Shown here piece by piece: positions 60,109 to 64,000 of a stretch of DNA of 64,000 bases. The notes below the pieces were generated by a model. That model saw only the letters and a list, made by a program, of their open reading frames with translations, searched no databases and was not told the DNA's origin. Source of the DNA: Acidimicrobiia bacterium (lineage in GTDB: Bacteria; Actinomycetota; Acidimicrobiia; Spongiisociales; Spongiisociaceae); contig JBFGLM010000016.1 in NCBI GenBank assembly GCA_041576165.1, positions 1 to 64,000 on the forward strand, in the 5' to 3' direction. The translations under genes were made by a program, and so were the position numbers. Every line of letters starts with the position of its first letter. Positions within the stretch are counted from its first letter, which is position 1.

Positions 60109-61218
60109 TCAGTGTGCGAGTAGGACCAGGTTGTCGCGGTGGATGATCAGGCTCTCGCCTTCGGCCAGATCCGCAGTGCGCCTGCCCATCACGGCCGCCG
60201 TTCGCCCTGCCCCCACCGCGGTGACCCCTTTGGCAATCAGCTCGTCGGTCGAGGTGTACACCTCGACCGCATCACCTGCGTCGAAGCTGCCCTCACAGGC
60301 GACGACGCCCACAGCCAGCAACGAGCTGCCCCGACGGATGAGGGCGTGTGCCGCTCCCGGATCCACGTGCAGCTGTCCCCGGGCCGGCTGACCGAAGGCG
60401 ATCCACAGTTTGCGGGCGCTGAGGCCAGTGGCGTGTGGTTCCACCCAGGTCCCCACGTCGGCCCCTCCGGCTATCCGGCTCACGACGTCGGGTTCGGTGG
60501 CGAGAGCGATGACCGTCGGCACTCCCGACCAGGCGGCCATGCGGGCCGCGGCCACCTTGGTGGCCACTCCGCCAGAGCCAAAGGGACCGGTTTTGCGGTT
60601 GGCGACCTCATCCAGCACCTCGTCGGTATGACGTACCGCATCCAGCAACTCGGCATCTTCCACCTTGCGCGGGTCGTCCCGGTAGATGCCGTGGGTATCG
60701 GTCAGCAGCACCAGGAGACCGGCACCGACCAGGTGCGACACCAGGGCTGCCAGCCTGTCATTGTCGCCCAGTCGCAACTCCTCGACGGCCACCGTGTCGT
60801 TCTCGTTGACAATGGGGATCACGCCCGCCGACAGCATCCGGGCGAGGGCAGTGCGGGCATGGAGATACTGGCTGCGGTTGGCCAGAACATCCTTCGTAAG
60901 CAGGACCTGGCCGGCCACCCATCCACGGGCCGCGAATGCCCGCCCGTATTGCTCCATGAGCCGGACTTGGCCTACCGCGGCTGCGACCTGAAGGCCGGCG
61001 AGATCGTTGGGGCGGCCCCCCATGGCGGGCGCGCCTGCGGCCACAGCCCCGGACGACACCAGCACGGTCGGGTGGCCTTTGTCCCACTCTGCGCACACCT
61101 GGTCGGCTATCCGCTCGATGGCGTCGCCGTCGATCCCGCCCCCGGGTCGGGACAGGCTGGAAGAGCCGATCTTGACGACCAGCGGCACACCCGTGCGCAG
61201 CGGGCGTCGCTCAGGCAT
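60109..61218 (-). CDS. proB: Glutamate 5-kinase
   Basis: [30 protein letters not shown] domain. Confidence 0.95.
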   Translation of the reverse strand: MPERRPLRTGVPLVVKIGSSSLSRPGGGIDGDAIERIADQVCAEWDKGHPTVLVSSGAVAAGAPAMGGRPNDLAGLQVAAAVGQVRLMEQYGRAFAARGWVAGQVLLTKDVLANRSQYLHARTALARMLSAGVIPIVNENDTVAVEELRLGDNDRLAALVSHLVGAGLLVLLTDTHGIYRDDPRKVEDAELLDAVRHTDEVLDEVANRKTGPFGSGGVATKVAAARMAAWSGVPTVIALATEPDVVSRIAGGADVGTWVEPHATGLSARKLWIAFGQPARGQLHVDPGAAHALIRRGSSLLAVGVVACEGSFDAGDAVEVYTSTDELIAKGVTAVGAGRTAAVMGRRTADLAEGESLIIHRDNLVLLAH

Positions 61219-62470
61219 CCTCGTCCTCGAACTCGAACACCAGGTCACCGATCCGAACCTCGTCCCCTGGCACCGCACCCGCCGCGCGGAGCGCATCATC
61301 CACTCCCATGCGGGACAGGCGCCGGGCGGCGAGCGCAGCCGCGTCGGGCTGCGTCAGGTCGTTGAGCGACACCGCCCGCTCGGCGGCCCGGCCGGTCACC
61401 ACCCACATATCGTCGTCCCGGGAGATCTCGAACGACGTTTCCACCGGGCGATGCAGCACAAACCCCTCGCGCTCGGGGGTCGCCTTGGCGGCGGTAGCCA
61501 CGGCGTCGGCAATGGCATGGAGAAGCTTCGACAACCCCTCGCCACTGACCGCGCTGATCATGTAGACCGGTTCCTCCACAAGGTCTTGGATGACCGCCGC
61601 GGCGACCTCAGCCTGGGGCAGGTCGGCCTTGTTGACGGCCACGACCCGCGGGCGCTCTGCCAGTTCGGTGCTATGCCCGGCGAGCTCCCGTATGAGCACC
61701 GCGTACTGCTCGTCGACGTCTTGCGTCTGGAGGGGGGAAGGATCCAGCAGCACCACAAGCGCCCGGGCGCGTTCTGCGTGGCGAAGGAATTCGTGACCCA
61801 ATCCCCTGCCCTCGGCAGCCCCTTCGATCAGTCCTGGGATGTCGGCAAGCACAAATTCGCGCCCGTCTACCGAGACCACCCCCAGATTGGGTTCGAGCGT
61901 CGTGAAGGGGTAGTCGGCGATCTTGGGCTTCGCGGCCGACACCCGCGAGATGAGGGTGCTCTTGCCGGCGTTGGGAAAGCCGATCAGCGCCGCGTCGGCC
62001 AGTAGCCGCAGCTCGAAGACAACCCACACCGATGCGCCATATTCGCCCTGTTCACAGAAAGTGGGCGCCCGCTGGCCGGGGCCGACCAGCGCGGCGTTGC
62101 CTCGACCTCCCCGGCCTCCCTTGACGAGAACCACCGACTGGCCGTGCTCGACGAGGTCGGCCAAGACCGTGCCGTCGTCGTCCCGAATCGTCGTCCCAGG
62201 CGGAACAGCAAGTACGAGGTCATCGCCCTGGCGGCCATGCTGGAAGTCGCCGCTCCCGTGCGTACCGTTGCCCGCGGCGTGGTGGGGGTTGCGCTTGTAT
62301 GTGAGTAGCGTCGACACGTTACGGTCGGCGCGGACGATCACGTCGCCTCCGGCCCCACCCGAGCCGCCAACCGCGCGGCCCTTCGGTTGGCGGCCCTGGC
62401 GTTGGAAGCTGACGACACCCGCACCACCATTTCCGGCACGCAGGCAGACGCGTACTCGATCGACGAACAC
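61211..62470 (-). CDS. obgE: GTPase ObgE
   Basis: Gly-rich Obg fold; GFPNAGKST, YPFTTL, DIPGLIEGA. Confidence 0.97.
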   Translation of the reverse strand: MFVDRVRVCLRAGNGGAGVVSFQRQGRQPKGRAVGGSGGAGGDVIVRADRNVSTLLTYKRNPHHAAGNGTHGSGDFQHGRQGDDLVLAVPPGTTIRDDDGTVLADLVEHGQSVVLVKGGRGGRGNAALVGPGQRAPTFCEQGEYGASVWVVFELRLLADAALIGFPNAGKSTLISRVSAAKPKIADYPFTTLEPNLGVVSVDGREFVLADIPGLIEGAAEGRGLGHEFLRHAERARALVVLLDPSPLQTQDVDEQYAVLIRELAGHSTELAERPRVVAVNKADLPQAEVAAAVIQDLVEEPVYMISAVSGEGLSKLLHAIADAVATAAKATPEREGFVLHRPVETSFEISRDDDMWVVTGRAAERAVSLNDLTQPDAAALAARRLSRMGVDDALRAAGAVPGDEVRIGDLVFEFEDEDA

Positions 62471-62492
62471 GATCGCGGGTGCCGAATTCCCC

Positions 62493-62744
62493 TTACTCGG
62501 GGAGGACGGACACCATTCGGCGTCTGTTGCGGGTGTGGTATTTCACCGACCCGGGCCGCATGGCAAACAGCGTATCGTCGCTGCCCTTCCCGACGTTCTC
62601 TCCCGGGTGGATCCGGGTCCCACGCTGGCGGACGATGATCTGGCCGGCGTTGATGATCTCGCCGTCGAACACCTTCGGTCCGAGGCGCTTGGCCCTCGAA
62701 TCACGCCCGTTCTTGCTGGAACCGCCTGCTTTGGTCTTCGACAT
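62493..62744 (-). CDS. rpmA: 50S ribosomal protein L27
   Basis: [17 protein letters not shown]. Confidence 0.97.
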   Translation of the reverse strand: MSKTKAGGSSKNGRDSRAKRLGPKVFDGEIINAGQIIVRQRGTRIHPGENVGKGSDDTLFAMRPGSVKYHTRNRRRMVSVLPE

Positions 62745-62747
62745 GCC

Positions 62748-63122
62748 TCACTCCTCTTCGTCGGCCGACGCCGCGGCTTTGGTCGACTTGGCGGCCTTCG
62801 CTTTCTTGGTGCCGGGCATGTCGATCGCCGTGATCTCCAGCTGCGTGTAGAGCTGACGATGGCCCTGCCGCCGCCGGTAACCCGACTTGTTCTTGTACTT
62901 GAAAATGTCGAGCTTGTCGCCTCTCACCTCACCGAGGACCTTGGCCCGCACGGTGATCTTGTCGAGCTTGTCTCGATCCGTCACCGCCTCACCGTCGTCA
63001 CCGACCACCAGGAGGGGCTTGAACTCGACTTCGTCGCCAGCGGCCTTCAGCCGCTCGACATCAACGATGTCTCCCGGCGACACCTTTGACTGCTTACCGC
63101 CGGTTCGGATGATTGCGTACAT
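62748..63122 (-). CDS. rplU: 50S ribosomal protein L21
   Basis: MYAIIRTGGKQ, GHRQ. Confidence 0.97.
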   Translation of the reverse strand: MYAIIRTGGKQSKVSPGDIVDVERLKAAGDEVEFKPLLVVGDDGEAVTDRDKLDKITVRAKVLGEVRGDKLDIFKYKNKSGYRRRQGHRQLYTQLEITAIDMPGTKKAKAAKSTKAAASADEEE

Positions 63123-63225
63123 ATCTACCTCACAAACCGGATCATTGTATCGTCGCCCCGGCAGGTCGAAAAACCTGGACCGTGATGCCGGCCTTCCAGC
63201 CCCCCGGTCGGGCTGGGACAGTCAG

Positions 63226-64000
63226 CTAGTTGTCGATGTCCGCATCGTCCGCGTCGTGATCGAACACAGGCGCCCCGACCGTGGCGGCCTCCTCGTGGAG
63301 CAGCACGCCCCGTCCGTTACACGTCGGGCAGACTTCTGAGAACGATTCGAGCAGTCCCTCTGACACGTTCTTGCGTGTCATCTCCACCAGACCGAGGTTG
63401 GAGACGTCGAAAACCTGGGTTCGTGTCTTGTCTTTCGCCAGAGTCTCGCGCAGGCGGCGCAGCACCGCGTGGCGGTTCTTCTCGATCTCCATGTCGATGA
63501 AATCGATGACGATGATCCCGCCGATGTCGCGTAGCCGCAGCTGGCGGCCTATCTCCTCGGCGGCTTCGAGATTGTTCTCGAGCACAGTCTCCTCGAGGTT
63601 GGACTTGCCGACGAACTTGCCGGTGTTGACATCGATGACCGTCAAAGCCTCGGTCCGATCGACGATCAAGTGCCCACCGGAGGGGAGCCAGACCTTCCGG
63701 TCGAGTGCCTTCCGCAACTGATCCTCCACATGGAAGCGCTCGAACAACGACATCTCGCCGTCTTTGTACAGCTGGACTTTGGAGGTCAAGTGGGGAGCCG
63801 TGTCATCGAGGTATGCCTTGACCTCCTTCTCGGCCCGGGGATCGTCGATCAAGAGGCGCCGGAAGTCCGGCGTGAAATGCTCGCGAATCACGCGGATGAG
63901 CAAGGGTGGCTCCTCGTAGATCACCCGCGGGGCGCCACCGTCACCGATCTGAGACTGGATACCCGTCCAATCCTGGACGAGACGATCGATGTCCGCCTTG
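63226..64000 (-). CDS. rne: Ribonuclease E/G (3' part; 5' end outside the window)
   Basis: TEALTVIDVNTG, LRDIGGIIVIDFIDM, CPTCNGRG. Confidence 0.95.
   Translation of the reverse strand, partial: KADIDRLVQDWTGIQSQIGDGGAPRVIYEEPPLLIRVIREHFTPDFRRLLIDDPRAEKEVKAYLDDTAPHLTSKVQLYKDGEMSLFERFHVEDQLRKALDRKVWLPSGGHLIVDRTEALTVIDVNTGKFVGKSNLEETVLENNLEAAEEIGRQLRLRDIGGIIVIDFIDMEIEKNRHAVLRRLRETLAKDKTRTQVFDVSNLGLVEMTRKNVSEGLLESFSEVCPTCNGRGVLLHEEAATVGAPVFDHDADDADIDN

Overview
High-GC bacterial chromosome segment, most likely an actinomycetote of the Acidimicrobiia type. This is inferred from gene order, a homodimeric GlyRS, a BldD homolog, an actinobacterial SOS box and many leaderless TANNNT starts. The backbone is the conserved minus-strand housekeeping run rne-rplU-rpmA-obgE-proB ... 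nadD-rsfS-tRNA-Ala ... leuS ... comEA-comEC-holA/rpsT-lepA-hemW-hrcA-dnaJ-rsmE-phoH-ybeY-era-recO-uppS-glyQS-dnaG-rpoD-tRNA-Asn. Two accessory, partly decayed regions lie 3' of the tRNAs. Region 1-6866 holds an integrase remnant, an IS481 remnant and a giant secreted phosphoesterase; region ~46100-51100 holds lipoproteins and three broken genes. Most notable observations: (1) a divergent DHPS paralog translationally coupled to a TmpR-like pterin reductase SDR, inserted into the comEC-holA operon; (2) a BldD with an intact c-di-GMP motif inserted upstream of phoH and a 7TM-HD phosphodiesterase that carries an SdrD-B-like insert, plus a WhiG/sigma28-type promoter and a GGDEF protein elsewhere in the window; (3) a LeuRS whose leucine-specific domain looks like a circularly permuted DUF5666/OB fold; (4) a DUF222-HNH nuclease with a perfect SOS box and a PafBC-like promoter; (5) a probable ATT start for rsfS. 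All family calls come from motif recognition by eye; no database search was run.
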